Source: a virus (taxonomy: Duplodnaviria; Caudoviricetes). From it: DNA of 64,000 nt. Of this stretch, positions 27,188 through 35,641 are shown piece after piece. How positions within the stretch are numbered: position 1 is the stretch's first letter; every line of letters begins with the position of its first letter. The stretch is from positions 1,912-65,911 of the IMG/VR virus record IMGVR_UViG_3300007735_000777; one strand, given 5' to 3'. Under the pieces are notes generated by a model. That model did no database searches and had not been told where the DNA came from. It saw nothing but the letters and a program-made list of their open reading frames with translations. The translations under genes were made by a program, and so were the position numbers.

Positions 27188-27850
27188 TTAACTCCTGTTG
27201 TATTCGCACTGTTTGATTGCGCAGAACTTGCACAGTGGGCCGCTTACCGGATTCCACACCCCATTTTCCAACGCCGCCTCAATCCTTGCAACGTCTTTTG
27301 CTGGCTGTTCTAAATACTTTGGCATCATTTCTCGGTAGTGCGTAGCCTGTACAAACTCCTTGGACACCGTGAATATCAGCGCAGACTTCACTTTGTTGAT
27401 CTTTGGAAACTTGGCGAATATACCTGCCGCCACAAGGTCAAGTTGTTTGGTGTCGGCGTACCGTGCGCTCTTGCTGGTCTTGTAGTCGGCAGAGTGCGCC
27501 AACCCCTTCGCTTCGTTCAGCACAACCAAGTCGGCAATACCGTGCCACCAAACATCGGGTGCATGGAACTCGCAAGCCTTTAAATCTTTGGTCAGTCCAA
27601 GTTTGACCTCGCACAGCTTTTCCCCCTCTATGTTCTTCAGTACGTCCAAGGTGTCTTGCATGTACTCAAACGCAGGAGGGATGGGTTTGTCGTCACGGAT
27701 GTATTCCTCGGCAACTGTGTGTGCCGTCTTGCCGTACAGCGTTGCCTGTGTATCAGGCTCAACAACGTCCTTGGCTATCTTGGTGTGATAGTACTTCTTG
27801 GGGCACTGTTGAAATGTTTTCAGGCTACTGAACGACCAGACGATACTCAT
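27188..27850 (-). CDS. PD-(D/E)XK (Cas4/RecB-like) exonuclease
   Basis: SFSSLKTFQQCPKKY, GIADL..ADYKT, C-terminal LCKFC...C. Confidence 0.85.
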   Translation of the reverse strand: MSIVWSFSSLKTFQQCPKKYYHTKIAKDVVEPDTQATLYGKTAHTVAEEYIRDDKPIPPAFEYMQDTLDVLKNIEGEKLCEVKLGLTKDLKACEFHAPDVWWHGIADLVVLNEAKGLAHSADYKTSKSARYADTKQLDLVAAGIFAKFPKINKVKSALIFTVSKEFVQATHYREMMPKYLEQPAKDVARIEAALENGVWNPVSGPLCKFCAIKQCEYNRS

Positions 27851-27852
27851 TT

Positions 27853-28074
27853 TTATTCCTTTTCCTTAATTGTGTCTGCTAAATACATGATTGCATTAGC
27901 AATACCATCAAGCGAATACGCTAATCCATCTAAAGAATTGCTTATCCCTTCCATGCCCTGATACGATTTCAAACCGTGGGCTTCTATTGCCCCCATTGGT
28001 GTGCTTGCATTGCCGTTACCCAGCATGGAAGCGGCTCTTAAAATTGCGGCGGCGATTACTTCTTCGTCTATCAT
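27853..28074 (-). CDS. Hypothetical protein
   Basis: ATGA-coupled in operon. Confidence 0.6.
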   Translation of the reverse strand: MIDEEVIAAAILRAASMLGNGNASTPMGAIEAHGLKSYQGMEGISNSLDGLAYSLDGIANAIMYLADTIKEKE

Positions 28075-28340
28075 GTGAGTCCTTTAACAGTTAGGATGGT
28101 TGAGATGCACTCGGCAAGTGTTTGATCGTCAGGAACAATAAACAACTCGCTTGTCCAGTCAGAGCCATGTGGGTTGCGTTTGAACGTGGACATCTCCAAT
28201 ATACGCCCATTTGATGCGGCGATCACACCAAGCCGAAATGAGGCTTGAGGGCGGTCTTGGTCTAATTCAACCGGAGATGGTATTCCTCGTGACCGTTCTT
28301 CCATCACCCACAACATAAATTTTTTAAGCAGTTTTTTCAT
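28071..28340 (-). CDS. Hypothetical protein
   Basis: TAATG overlap with polymerase stop gives start MKKLLKK. Confidence 0.65.
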   Translation of the reverse strand: MKKLLKKFMLWVMEERSRGIPSPVELDQDRPQASFRLGVIAASNGRILEMSTFKRNPHGSDWTSELFIVPDDQTLAECISTILTVKGLT

Positions 28341-30160
28341 TAACAATCTCCATAACTTCTGCCGTACCCTGCTTCGCAGTTCAGCGGTAACTCGGTTGCC
28401 CATGATGGGCGTAGGCGCATACATAGTTCAACAAACTCTTTACCTGTTTCCGCCTCGGATGTGGGCACAATGCAAGCAATGGCATCATGCACCGTCATGA
28501 CCACACGATACTTCTTGGCCACCATCAACATCTGCTCACCTATCACAATACGTGCAAGTGCTTGGCATACGTTCTCGATGATCTTGCCGCCGTAGATTCG
28601 GTTGGGGACGGTTGTCTTGCCCTTCTTAGTGTCATACACAAATTGAGGCTTACCGTTTTCTTCCATCTCCACCCAGCGCAAGTTGGGGTACTTCAAGCGC
28701 AGTCCATTGGGCAACAAAATACCCTCTGACCCGTCTACTTTAAGTATGTCATCACGCCCAAACGCCGTCGTTTGCTCGCCGATAATCGCAGGGAGGACAT
28801 TCGCCGCAGACTTCCACAGTGCAGTAATTTTCGGATACGTAGCTCTGTACGTATTGATAATTCGTTGCGCTTCTTCAAGCGTAACTTCAACACCAAAATT
28901 TTTAAGTTGCGCCTTAAACTTTGCCGCGCCCATGCCGTAGCCTGCGCCAAGAATCGTCGTTTTACCGACAAACCTCTCATCGGCGGTAATCTTTTCGACA
29001 GCCTTGCCATAGATAGCAGACGCCATGATTCTGTATACATCTTCGCCCCTTTCAAATGCTTCAACCAAATCGTCTTGACCAGCCAGCCATGCCAGCGTCC
29101 GTGCCTCAATCTGCGATGAATCTGAATCAACTATCACGTAGCCAAACGGTGCAAGGATGGCTTTCTTCAGTGGTGACTTGCGTTGCAAATTCTGCAAGTT
29201 GATCTTGTCATCACCACCCCACCGTCCGGTGTGGGCGGCGTAGTAGCGCAGGGGAACTGGCATTGGGCCTCGCTCGGCAATTCCAATGAACCGCTCAGTT
29301 CGCGTTTCCTCAATGGTTGACTTCGTACCCAGCCGGGCCGCAACTAATGCCTGTACCCGAGTATCCTCATGCTCCAACAGGGCCTTGAACTCTTCGTCTG
29401 TCTTAGAGAACGCAAAGGTCTGCTTGCCAGTGGTTGGGCTTTTCTTCATGGGCGGCGTGACCCCAAACGATGCCAGCAGGTCAGCAAACTGCGGGTTGCT
29501 CATCAAGGTGTCTTTGTCGAAGTTCTCCAATAGCTCAGCCTTGCGTTGCTTCTCCGTTAGCAAATGATTCTTCAGCAAGTCTTTGTCCAACTGCAACACT
29601 GGCTCGGTGAACATGCGAATGGTCAGGTCGATCAAACGTAGCTCAACTGCGGGAAACCCTTGGCTCATGTGCCCATACAAGTCCCACGTCAGCCGCACGT
29701 CGTTCTTGCAGTACTCACCGTACCGCGCCAACTCCTCTTTGGTAAAGTCCTTGCGGAATTTATTGATGGCGTTGAGTACCTCCGTGCCTTTCTCCCCAAT
29801 ACCGTAGTGCTGGGCCAGCACCGCAAGGCTTCCACCCACTTGCGTACCGTGAAGCGCACGTCCCATGCTCAATGTATCAAGCCAACCCTTGGGGGCGATA
29901 CCAAACTGCCAATTCAAAATAGCCCCATCGAACACAGCGTTGTGCGCTAATGCAATCGAGTTCTTCCAGTCGTACTTGTTCAAGAACTGCCATGTCTTTT
30001 GGTGCGTACCGCTGAACCACTCCGGTTCGCCATCGTTTACCTGTACTGCGACACCGACAACTTCAAAGCGCCGATCCCGAATGTATTCCTCAGTGGTCTG
30101 CTTGGCAAACCCAAGGTCGCCGCCATAGGCGGTTTCAAAGTCAATCGTGATGATGTTCAT
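28340..30160 (-). CDS. polA: Family A DNA polymerase with 3'-5' exonuclease
   Basis: IDFET, HNAVFD, HTGRWGG, DSSQIEAR (motif A), KTTILGAGYG (B), TVHDA (C). Confidence 0.95.
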   Translation of the reverse strand: MNIITIDFETAYGGDLGFAKQTTEEYIRDRRFEVVGVAVQVNDGEPEWFSGTHQKTWQFLNKYDWKNSIALAHNAVFDGAILNWQFGIAPKGWLDTLSMGRALHGTQVGGSLAVLAQHYGIGEKGTEVLNAINKFRKDFTKEELARYGEYCKNDVRLTWDLYGHMSQGFPAVELRLIDLTIRMFTEPVLQLDKDLLKNHLLTEKQRKAELLENFDKDTLMSNPQFADLLASFGVTPPMKKSPTTGKQTFAFSKTDEEFKALLEHEDTRVQALVAARLGTKSTIEETRTERFIGIAERGPMPVPLRYYAAHTGRWGGDDKINLQNLQRKSPLKKAILAPFGYVIVDSDSSQIEARTLAWLAGQDDLVEAFERGEDVYRIMASAIYGKAVEKITADERFVGKTTILGAGYGMGAAKFKAQLKNFGVEVTLEEAQRIINTYRATYPKITALWKSAANVLPAIIGEQTTAFGRDDILKVDGSEGILLPNGLRLKYPNLRWVEMEENGKPQFVYDTKKGKTTVPNRIYGGKIIENVCQALARIVIGEQMLMVAKKYRVVMTVHDAIACIVPTSEAETGKEFVELCMRLRPSWATELPLNCEAGYGRSYGDC

Positions 30161-30630
30161 TTGAATAAACCTCCAAGCCCAATAGCACTCATAAGCCCAC
30201 CACCTGTGTTGTCGGTTGTGGTTATGTACCCCCCATTGTGTAATGGCTGAATTTGTTGGTTTTGTAGCGGCGGCACCATTGGTGATGAGTAGTACTGCTG
30301 TTGGCGTTTTATTCGCTCTTTCTGGCGCTCAATGTATTGTTCATCGAACACCCGCTCCATGATTTCCTTATCGAACTTGGCTCGCTTCATTTCCTTGAAC
30401 CCATCAAGCAAGGCTTGGCGCTCCTCTTTAGTGAAATACTGCCAGTCTGGCCACGGTCTATTTTTGTCCTGCTTGCCAATAACCATATCGTCCATTGACT
30501 GCGCAAATCTGTAGAAGCGGCCTTGTACAGCTTGGTCGTTAGCCATGTCGTATTCAATCATTTCAAAGTCCTCGGGGTTGGACTTCATGCGCTCCAACAG
30601 AATTTTTACCCCCGCACAGAATTCGCTCAT
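30157..30630 (-). CDS. Hypothetical protein, paralog of 30627-31058
   Basis: GVKILLERMKSNPEDF vs GVRALVGRMESNPSEF. Confidence 0.7.
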   Translation of the reverse strand: MSEFCAGVKILLERMKSNPEDFEMIEYDMANDQAVQGRFYRFAQSMDDMVIGKQDKNRPWPDWQYFTKEERQALLDGFKEMKRAKFDKEIMERVFDEQYIERQKERIKRQQQYYSSPMVPPLQNQQIQPLHNGGYITTTDNTGGGLMSAIGLGGLFK

Positions 30631-31058
30631 TTGAATAAGCTCGGTGATGTGGTTGTTTCTTTCATTCTTTTAATGTCCTGTTCGGTCAGGTTTTGCTTGC
30701 CAATTTGCAAGCTGTTACTGATTACGTTGGATTCAATAAAGTTGTACCCAACAGCCGTATTCCCTGTAATACCGTTACCAACTTGCGGGGATGTGTAATA
30801 GCCCTCTTTGATCTGATTCTCCACGTTGTCCTTCAGCAGTTCGCGCATGACCTTCTCGTCAAACTCTTTGCGCCGTACTTCTTTCAGTGCTTCATGCAAC
30901 GCACCCTTCTCAGGCTCGGTCAGCACCTCACGGAAATTGGCGGAGAACATGAACCGCCATTTCTCGGCCTCGCCATAAAACTCACTGGGGTTGGACTCCA
31001 TACGCCCTACTAGCGCACGTACACCTGTGGATAATTCAGCCATCGTTAGCTCCTTCAT
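30627..31058 (-). CDS. Hypothetical protein, paralog of 30157-30630
   Basis: Shared N-domain and LFK end. Confidence 0.7.
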   Translation of the reverse strand: MKELTMAELSTGVRALVGRMESNPSEFYGEAEKWRFMFSANFREVLTEPEKGALHEALKEVRRKEFDEKVMRELLKDNVENQIKEGYYTSPQVGNGITGNTAVGYNFIESNVISNSLQIGKQNLTEQDIKRMKETTTSPSLFK

Positions 31059-31357
31059 TGTTTCATCAGTTGAATAAGTTGTTCAAGGTATCCGAGTTCG
31101 AGTTGCTCTTCGGCAATCACGACAGCCGTGCCGCCGGATTCTTTTATCTCTCGGATGTTCTTGTCTTGCAATGCTGTGGTCGTGCCTTTACCTGCCTTGG
31201 CTTCAATGGCAAGGAAGTGTCCGTTGACACAACAAAGAAAGTCGGGGACTCCTGAACTGCCGTAGCCAGTGCCGATTGGCATGGCGAAATAGACGTTGTT
31301 GTCTTTCAGGATTTTTTTGATCTTGGCCTTGACTTTGGCCTCTGGGGTTGCCGCCAC
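31055..31357 (-). CDS. VRR-NUC nuclease / Holliday junction resolvase
   Basis: TPEAKVK, GVPDFL, AIEAKA..TTALQ; GTG start with GGAG SD. Confidence 0.85.
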   Translation of the reverse strand: MAATPEAKVKAKIKKILKDNNVYFAMPIGTGYGSSGVPDFLCCVNGHFLAIEAKAGKGTTTALQDKNIREIKESGGTAVVIAEEQLELGYLEQLIQLMKQ

Positions 31358-31386
31358 TAACTGCTCCAATTTATTTTCGAGCAGCG

Positions 31387-31416
31387 ATAATAACACACAG
31401 CTTGACTTTGTCAAGT
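31387..31416 (-). promoter_or_regulatory. Sigma70-like promoter with -35 inside CTTGAC-TTT-GTCAAG palindrome
   Basis: - strand TTGACA-16 nt-TATTAT with TGn; just downstream of a terminator. Confidence 0.65.
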
Positions 31417-31424
31417 ACAAACGC

Positions 31425-31447
31425 AAAAAAGCCGCCCGAAGGCGGCT
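31425..31447 (-). terminator. Intrinsic terminator ending the early region
   Basis: GCCGCC stem with a short TTCG-containing loop, then T6, on the - strand. Confidence 0.85.
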
Positions 31448-31467
31448 AGGACTTACCCTAACAAATG

Positions 31468-31947
31468 TTAGAGTTGGGTGATTTCACGTTGGATGTACCA
31501 GACCGCTTTCTCCAAGTCTTGTTTCTTGTTGCCTTTGTGGTCGGCTCGGCTGATGTACTTCACGGCGTTACCCATGTTGTAGTTCAGCTTTTTGGCTTCA
31601 ATGAAGTCGATGGTCTCGATTCCACCTACTTTGTAATGGTAGGGGTGATTCACTGGGTCAGGTTGCGGTTCAATCATTGTGATGGCTTCTGGTACAGGTA
31701 CAGGTACAGGTACAGGTAACAACTCGGGAGGTTGCCACAGGGTGGGTTTGCGCTTGCGCCCCTTGGTCAACTTGTATATCTGTTGAGCGTCTTTTAAACG
31801 CTTATCCATCGTTTTCCTACACATGTACGCGATCTGGTACGTGGTGTTGAACTTCTTGGCTACTTCACTAGCCGTAGCTGTTGGGTTTGCGGTGAAGTAC
31901 TCACGCATCTTTGCGGCGCGGCTTGCGGTTGCTTTCTTAGTTGCCAT
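31468..31947 (-). CDS. HTH plus DUF3310 (T7 gp1.7-like nucleotide kinase domain) protein
   Basis: ASEVAKKFNTTYQIAY HTH; DPVNHP.HY..GGIETID...GNAVKY..R...K....DLEKA.WY. Confidence 0.8.
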   Translation of the reverse strand: MATKKATASRAAKMREYFTANPTATASEVAKKFNTTYQIAYMCRKTMDKRLKDAQQIYKLTKGRKRKPTLWQPPELLPVPVPVPVPEAITMIEPQPDPVNHPYHYKVGGIETIDFIEAKKLNYNMGNAVKYISRADHKGNKKQDLEKAVWYIQREITQL

Positions 31948-32134
31948 TGTTAGCTCCTTGCTGTTGGCTGTTTACATACTCGGTAAGAATTTCACGAATC
32001 TTGGCTTGCTTTGAATACGGATGGTGGGTGTTGAAATAGTCCATCACCTCCCTCGATAGTCGCAAGCTCGTATTGAAAAGGGTTGGCTTCTTACTTGGGC
32101 CTCGTCCTTTTCGTTTTTTAATTTCTTCCATCAT
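31937..32134 (-). CDS. Ribbon-helix-helix DNA-binding protein (BrnA/CopG-like)
   Basis: GRGP..KP....TSLRLSREVMDYF......QAKIREIL. Confidence 0.7.
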   Translation of the reverse strand: MMEEIKKRKGRGPSKKPTLFNTSLRLSREVMDYFNTHHPYSKQAKIREILTEYVNSQQQGANNGN

Positions 32135-32553
32135 TTCTTTGTCCCTTTATATTTACCCGTCCATTTATACGAACCACGGGTTTCTTTTGCGCCCATCTTC
32201 TTGAAGAACGTCAGCATTGATCTGTACGGTACGCCGAACTGCTCGGCAATCTGCTTCTTGGTCATACCATCCCCCAAAAGTTTCAACGCCCTACGCTCGT
32301 CAATCTTGGGTAGCTTTCTGCCCGAACCTACTCTCGCCCCGCCCATCATGGACGGCGGTGTTGTGCTTATGTTCTTATTTGTTATCCCAAAAACTGTTCC
32401 GTGGCTTGGCTTTGTTTTGCGTAGCTTATGGATGCCCTCGGTTACGCTTGCGCTGATAACTGCATTACGTTTAATGTCGGCAAATGGGTCGCCCCTCTTG
32501 GCGTGTTCCTCGTCTGTGTATGCCTTCCAATTAAATGCGTTCACTGCACTCAT
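32131..32553 (-). CDS. C-terminal HTH protein
   Basis: GGARVGSGRK; GMTKKQIAEQFGVPYRSM. Confidence 0.7.
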   Translation of the reverse strand: MSAVNAFNWKAYTDEEHAKRGDPFADIKRNAVISASVTEGIHKLRKTKPSHGTVFGITNKNISTTPPSMMGGARVGSGRKLPKIDERRALKLLGDGMTKKQIAEQFGVPYRSMLTFFKKMGAKETRGSYKWTGKYKGTKK

Positions 32554-32692
32554 GGTGTTCTCCTGCTATTTTGGTTACAAATATTGTGTTGCACTTGGTG
32601 CAACGCCACAATGTGCCTTGTTCGACAACCGTCCTGCGCTCACCACGTAGGCCGCGCACTTTACCCCAAAATGTTCTGATTGCTTCAAGCAC
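32531..32692 (-). CDS. Small Zn-finger protein
   Basis: GTG after AAGGAG; WRCTKC...HEC. Confidence 0.6.
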   Translation of the reverse strand: MLEAIRTFWGKVRGLRGERRTVVEQGTLWRCTKCNTIFVTKIAGEHHECSERI

Positions 32693-32915
32693 TATTCTTC
32701 TCCTTGAGTTTGGCTTCAACTGCACGGCAGGTTTTTTGGATGCTCATGCTTATACAGTCATTGATTTCTGCATCAGTTAAGTCAATCCATTCACGCCTGA
32801 CCAGACCCAATAAATACTCAATTGCTTGCGCGGCGTGTTCTGCCGTGTTTGCTCTTGTTTTATCCTTGAGTTGTTTGGCATAAGCCTCGCATTCTTCTAT
32901 GCTCCAAGGTTTCAT
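32685..32915 (-). CDS. Small early protein, W.xLT.E...EAKLKEKN family
   Basis: REWIDLTDAEI...VEAKLKEKNSA. Confidence 0.65.
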   Translation of the reverse strand: MKPWSIEECEAYAKQLKDKTRANTAEHAAQAIEYLLGLVRREWIDLTDAEINDCISMSIQKTCRAVEAKLKEKNSA

Positions 32916-33148
32916 GTGTTCTTCTCCTTGAGTTTGGCTTCAATAGCCTTAGAAAAATGCAACCAGCCCCATGTTTTTAAGAATCCATCTAGCATATTCG
33001 GCATAGATTCAAAAGCCGCTTGTCTATCCTCATCCGTCAGCCCTGCCCACTCACGCTCAGGCAATGGATGCCCTGCGTGTTTATACGCTTCCTCACGCCA
33101 ACGCTTTGCTCGGGCTTTGTGGTACTCACAGTTTGGGCAGTCTTTCAT
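32912..33148 (-). CDS. Small early protein, W.GLT.E...EAKLKEKN family
   Basis: CPNC; REWAGLTDED...IEAKLKEKNT. Confidence 0.7.
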   Translation of the reverse strand: MKDCPNCEYHKARAKRWREEAYKHAGHPLPEREWAGLTDEDRQAAFESMPNMLDGFLKTWGWLHFSKAIEAKLKEKNT

Positions 33149-33360
33149 GTGTTCTTCTCCTTGTATGCCATGTGTCTGTCGTACATTTCTAAAAGCGTTT
33201 CGCGGTCAATGTAGTAGTCACGCACCAACGCAAGTCGCATGATGTTGCCTATCAATGCCGCCATTGCACTCTTGTGGTGCTTGTCATCAATGTCGTAGTC
33301 TTCCACCAACTTGGCTCGCCATGCTGTCTCGTTTCCATGTACTCGTAGATGCCTAAGCAT
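33145..33360 (-). CDS. Small early protein (start 33360 or 33384)
   Basis: Coupled on both sides; ends KEKNT. Confidence 0.55.
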   Translation of the reverse strand: MLRHLRVHGNETAWRAKLVEDYDIDDKHHKSAMAALIGNIMRLALVRDYYIDRETLLEMYDRHMAYKEKNT

Positions 33361-33556
33361 TCTGTTGCTCCTTCCATCGTTCACACATCTGTTTCACCGT
33401 CTTGGTTTTCTTTTTCTTGTCGCACACTGCGCTCATGGATTTGTATACCGCCTTGGCGTGTAGTGTCGGCGGTGCTGGCGGCGCGGGAGGGTCAGGAAAC
33501 AATCCGTTCCAACCTACTGTACCTAGCACAGCACTGAGAACGAGTCGGTCAAGCAC
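33353..33556 (-). CDS. Small membrane or secreted early protein
   Basis: Hydrophobic N-terminus, Pro tract; GTG after AAGGAG. Confidence 0.6.
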   Translation of the reverse strand: MLDRLVLSAVLGTVGWNGLFPDPPAPPAPPTLHAKAVYKSMSAVCDKKKKTKTVKQMCERWKEQQNA

Positions 33557-33935
33557 AATTCTTCTCCTTCAACCTTGCTTCTAACTTCTCGGCAAAAGGC
33601 AGTACGCAGTCATGAAAGTCACCTGCTTCTACTTTTCGCCAAATCGTTTCAATCTCATCAACCGTCAGCCCTACCCATGTGCGCTGTGGTGAAGTGATGT
33701 AGAGAAGATTGCGTCCAACAGGCAGATCATGCCCCCAATCGTCAAACTCTCTCTCGCCAATTCCAGAGATAAAGATTGACGCTACAGGCTCCTGCTCTGG
33801 CTGTGCCAAGGCTTCTTTGCATTTGTCAATGACCGCTTCGTACATCAACAAATATTCACGGCGTTCGTTTTCAATAATATAGTGCTTGTTGTCTTCCAAA
33901 AACTCAAGTGCCAGCTTCAATGCTTCATCAGTCAT
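33549..33935 (-). CDS. Early protein, W.GLT.E family
   Basis: ALAQPEQEPVA..RTWVGLTVDEI..LEARLKEKNCA. Confidence 0.7.
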   Translation of the reverse strand: MTDEALKLALEFLEDNKHYIIENERREYLLMYEAVIDKCKEALAQPEQEPVASIFISGIGEREFDDWGHDLPVGRNLLYITSPQRTWVGLTVDEIETIWRKVEAGDFHDCVLPFAEKLEARLKEKNCA

Positions 33936-34147
33936 GCGTAGTCTCCTTCTTCTGTATGTTCAAGTAGCCGCTTTTGCAAACGGGCTATGCGCTTCTCGTT
34001 GTACTGCACTATAGACACTGCGTATTCCACAGCAGACTCAGCTTCAAGTTTTTTCTGGTGCGCTTCACGCAGTTCTTTGGCAATGATCTCCCGCAGGGTA
34101 CGGGAGCGCAGAACTTCACGGATGAACTTGCTGATGGCTTCTCTCAT
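33932..34147 (-). CDS. Small coiled-coil early protein
   Basis: ATGA coupling; start MREAIS. Confidence 0.65.
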   Translation of the reverse strand: MREAISKFIREVLRSRTLREIIAKELREAHQKKLEAESAVEYAVSIVQYNEKRIARLQKRLLEHTEEGDYA

Positions 34148-34362
34148 TCTGTACCTCCATACATACTCCACTCCTCTGCCTTCTTCGCCATGAACAAGCC
34201 TTCTGCTCTGGTCATCTTGGATGAGCGAATAAACAACTCCCCCTCAAAGTCGTACCCAATAACCATAACATCTGTTAGCTCCATTTGCAGTGCGGACTGC
34301 AACGCTTGTTCAGCCGTGTAGTTTTCGGATGCTGGCAAAGAGATTACGTTTTCGTTGTTCAT
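34144..34362 (-). CDS. Small early protein
   Basis: ATGA coupling at both ends. Confidence 0.65.
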   Translation of the reverse strand: MNNENVISLPASENYTAEQALQSALQMELTDVMVIGYDFEGELFIRSSKMTRAEGLFMAKKAEEWSMYGGTE

Positions 34363-34535
34363 CGCTTCATCCCCCTAATAAAAGTTGCAAACGAACTGAT
34401 GGTGTCACTGCCAAAACCCTTCATCTTCTCGATGGCTTGCGCTGTCTCTTCCAGTACGCTGTTACGCAGTTCATCGTAGAACTCCTGTTGTGTCTTGGCT
34501 TTGCCTAGCTCTGTTGGTTTGTTGAAGTCACTCAT
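34359..34535 (-). CDS. Small early protein (58 aa, below track cut-off)
   Basis: MSDFNKPTELGK...IRGMKR; ATGA-coupled with GGAG SD. Confidence 0.6.
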   Translation of the reverse strand: MSDFNKPTELGKAKTQQEFYDELRNSVLEETAQAIEKMKGFGSDTISSFATFIRGMKR

Positions 34536-34756
34536 GCTTGTCTCCTTTTCAAAATATGTGCAACGCTTTCATGGTTAGGGTAGTGGTCAATCAACACTCG
34601 ACAACACCTGTCGCACAGACCATCATGGTTATGCAGTCCCTCGTGTGTGTAGTGCCAGCACCGTGGGCACTTGGTGTAGTCGGGGTCATTTGCCAAAGAC
34701 CGAACAACGACAGTTGGTTGCGGAGAACTTAACCGCTCATACTGCTCGTCAGTCAT
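34532..34756 (-). CDS. Stand-alone FPG/IleRS-type zinc finger protein
   Basis: KCPRCWHY...GLCDRC. Confidence 0.65.
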   Translation of the reverse strand: MTDEQYERLSSPQPTVVVRSLANDPDYTKCPRCWHYTHEGLHNHDGLCDRCCRVLIDHYPNHESVAHILKRRQA

Positions 34757-34967
34757 TTTTCATTTCCCTTGTGATCTTTGGCTTCCTGCCCATGACATAG
34801 AGCCAGTATGTGAATGACTTATGCCCTGCTCTCCATGCGCCAATGTTTAAACGGACTGCGTACAAAAAAATGCCCCACTTGTAAGCCCAAGCAAGTTCTT
34901 TCTGCATTGAATCCCAATCAACATAGTTGCCGTTGCTGTATGTGATTCTGTATTTGTACGTACTCAT
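34749..34967 (-). CDS. Small early protein
   Basis: Start MSTYKY coupled to upstream TGA; GGAGG SD. Confidence 0.55.
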   Translation of the reverse strand: MSTYKYRITYSNGNYVDWDSMQKELAWAYKWGIFLYAVRLNIGAWRAGHKSFTYWLYVMGRKPKITREMKND

Positions 34968-35080
34968 TCTTCGCCTCCGTCTTGTATCCAAAAAATCGCC
35001 CATATAAAAATTGCCCCCGCAGCGATGCCTACGAAGCCGCCCAATGCAAGTACTGCAATCCAAGTAAGCGCATCTAACAT
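34964..35080 (-). CDS. 38-aa membrane peptide
   Basis: MLDALTWIAVLALGGFVGIAAGAIFIWAIFWIQDGGEE; ATG lies inside the 12-bp box. Confidence 0.6.
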   Translation of the reverse strand: MLDALTWIAVLALGGFVGIAAGAIFIWAIFWIQDGGEE

Positions 35081-35083
35081 TTG

Positions 35084-35638
35084 TTATCCCCTTTTCGTTT
35101 CTCTGCGTACATACCCACGCTTGGCAAGCTCCTCGGTTACGCTAGTACCACCACGCAGTGCGTTCTTAGCCGCCGCCATGACCTCATCATTGATTATGTT
35201 GTCGTGCGATAACATAAGTGTCTTAGCCAACTTAGCCGTTTCTTTCTTGACCCAGTCGAACGTGCGGTACACACCCTTAGTTAACCGCGCAATATCTGGC
35301 GGATACCCACTTGCAATCTGCCGTATGTATAGCATCGGAACCAAGTCGTCTGCATGAGCGCAGTCAAACCCAAACCATTTGCGCCCATCCATCTTGTCGC
35401 CAAAGGTCAGCCCACCGTGCGCGTACACACCAATTTCATCCGCATCTTGGTAGCTCATGCCATGTAGTTTGTGCCCTATGGGTACTGCAACATACCCACA
35501 CAGACTCAGCGTACTCATGTTGCGTTTGACACGGCAATGGTATCCCGTCTTTTTGTCTACCCACTCCTCAAAGTCAGGCTCGTTCTCCCACGGCCTGTGT
35601 TCTATGAGTAGCTTTGCTTTTTGCATGTCATCTAACAT
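35084..35638 (-). CDS. Conserved phage protein (CGYV..HGGLTF..GFDCAH)
   Basis: Recognisable motif family; start and stop both lie in 12-bp boxes. Confidence 0.8.
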   Translation of the reverse strand: MLDDMQKAKLLIEHRPWENEPDFEEWVDKKTGYHCRVKRNMSTLSLCGYVAVPIGHKLHGMSYQDADEIGVYAHGGLTFGDKMDGRKWFGFDCAHADDLVPMLYIRQIASGYPPDIARLTKGVYRTFDWVKKETAKLAKTLMLSHDNIINDEVMAAAKNALRGGTSVTEELAKRGYVRRETKRG

Positions 35639-35641
35639 TTG

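Noticed and set aside
27188-27850. Cas4 as evidence of CRISPR-Cas
   Set aside because: Solo PD-(D/E)XK nuclease in the replication module, as is common in phages.
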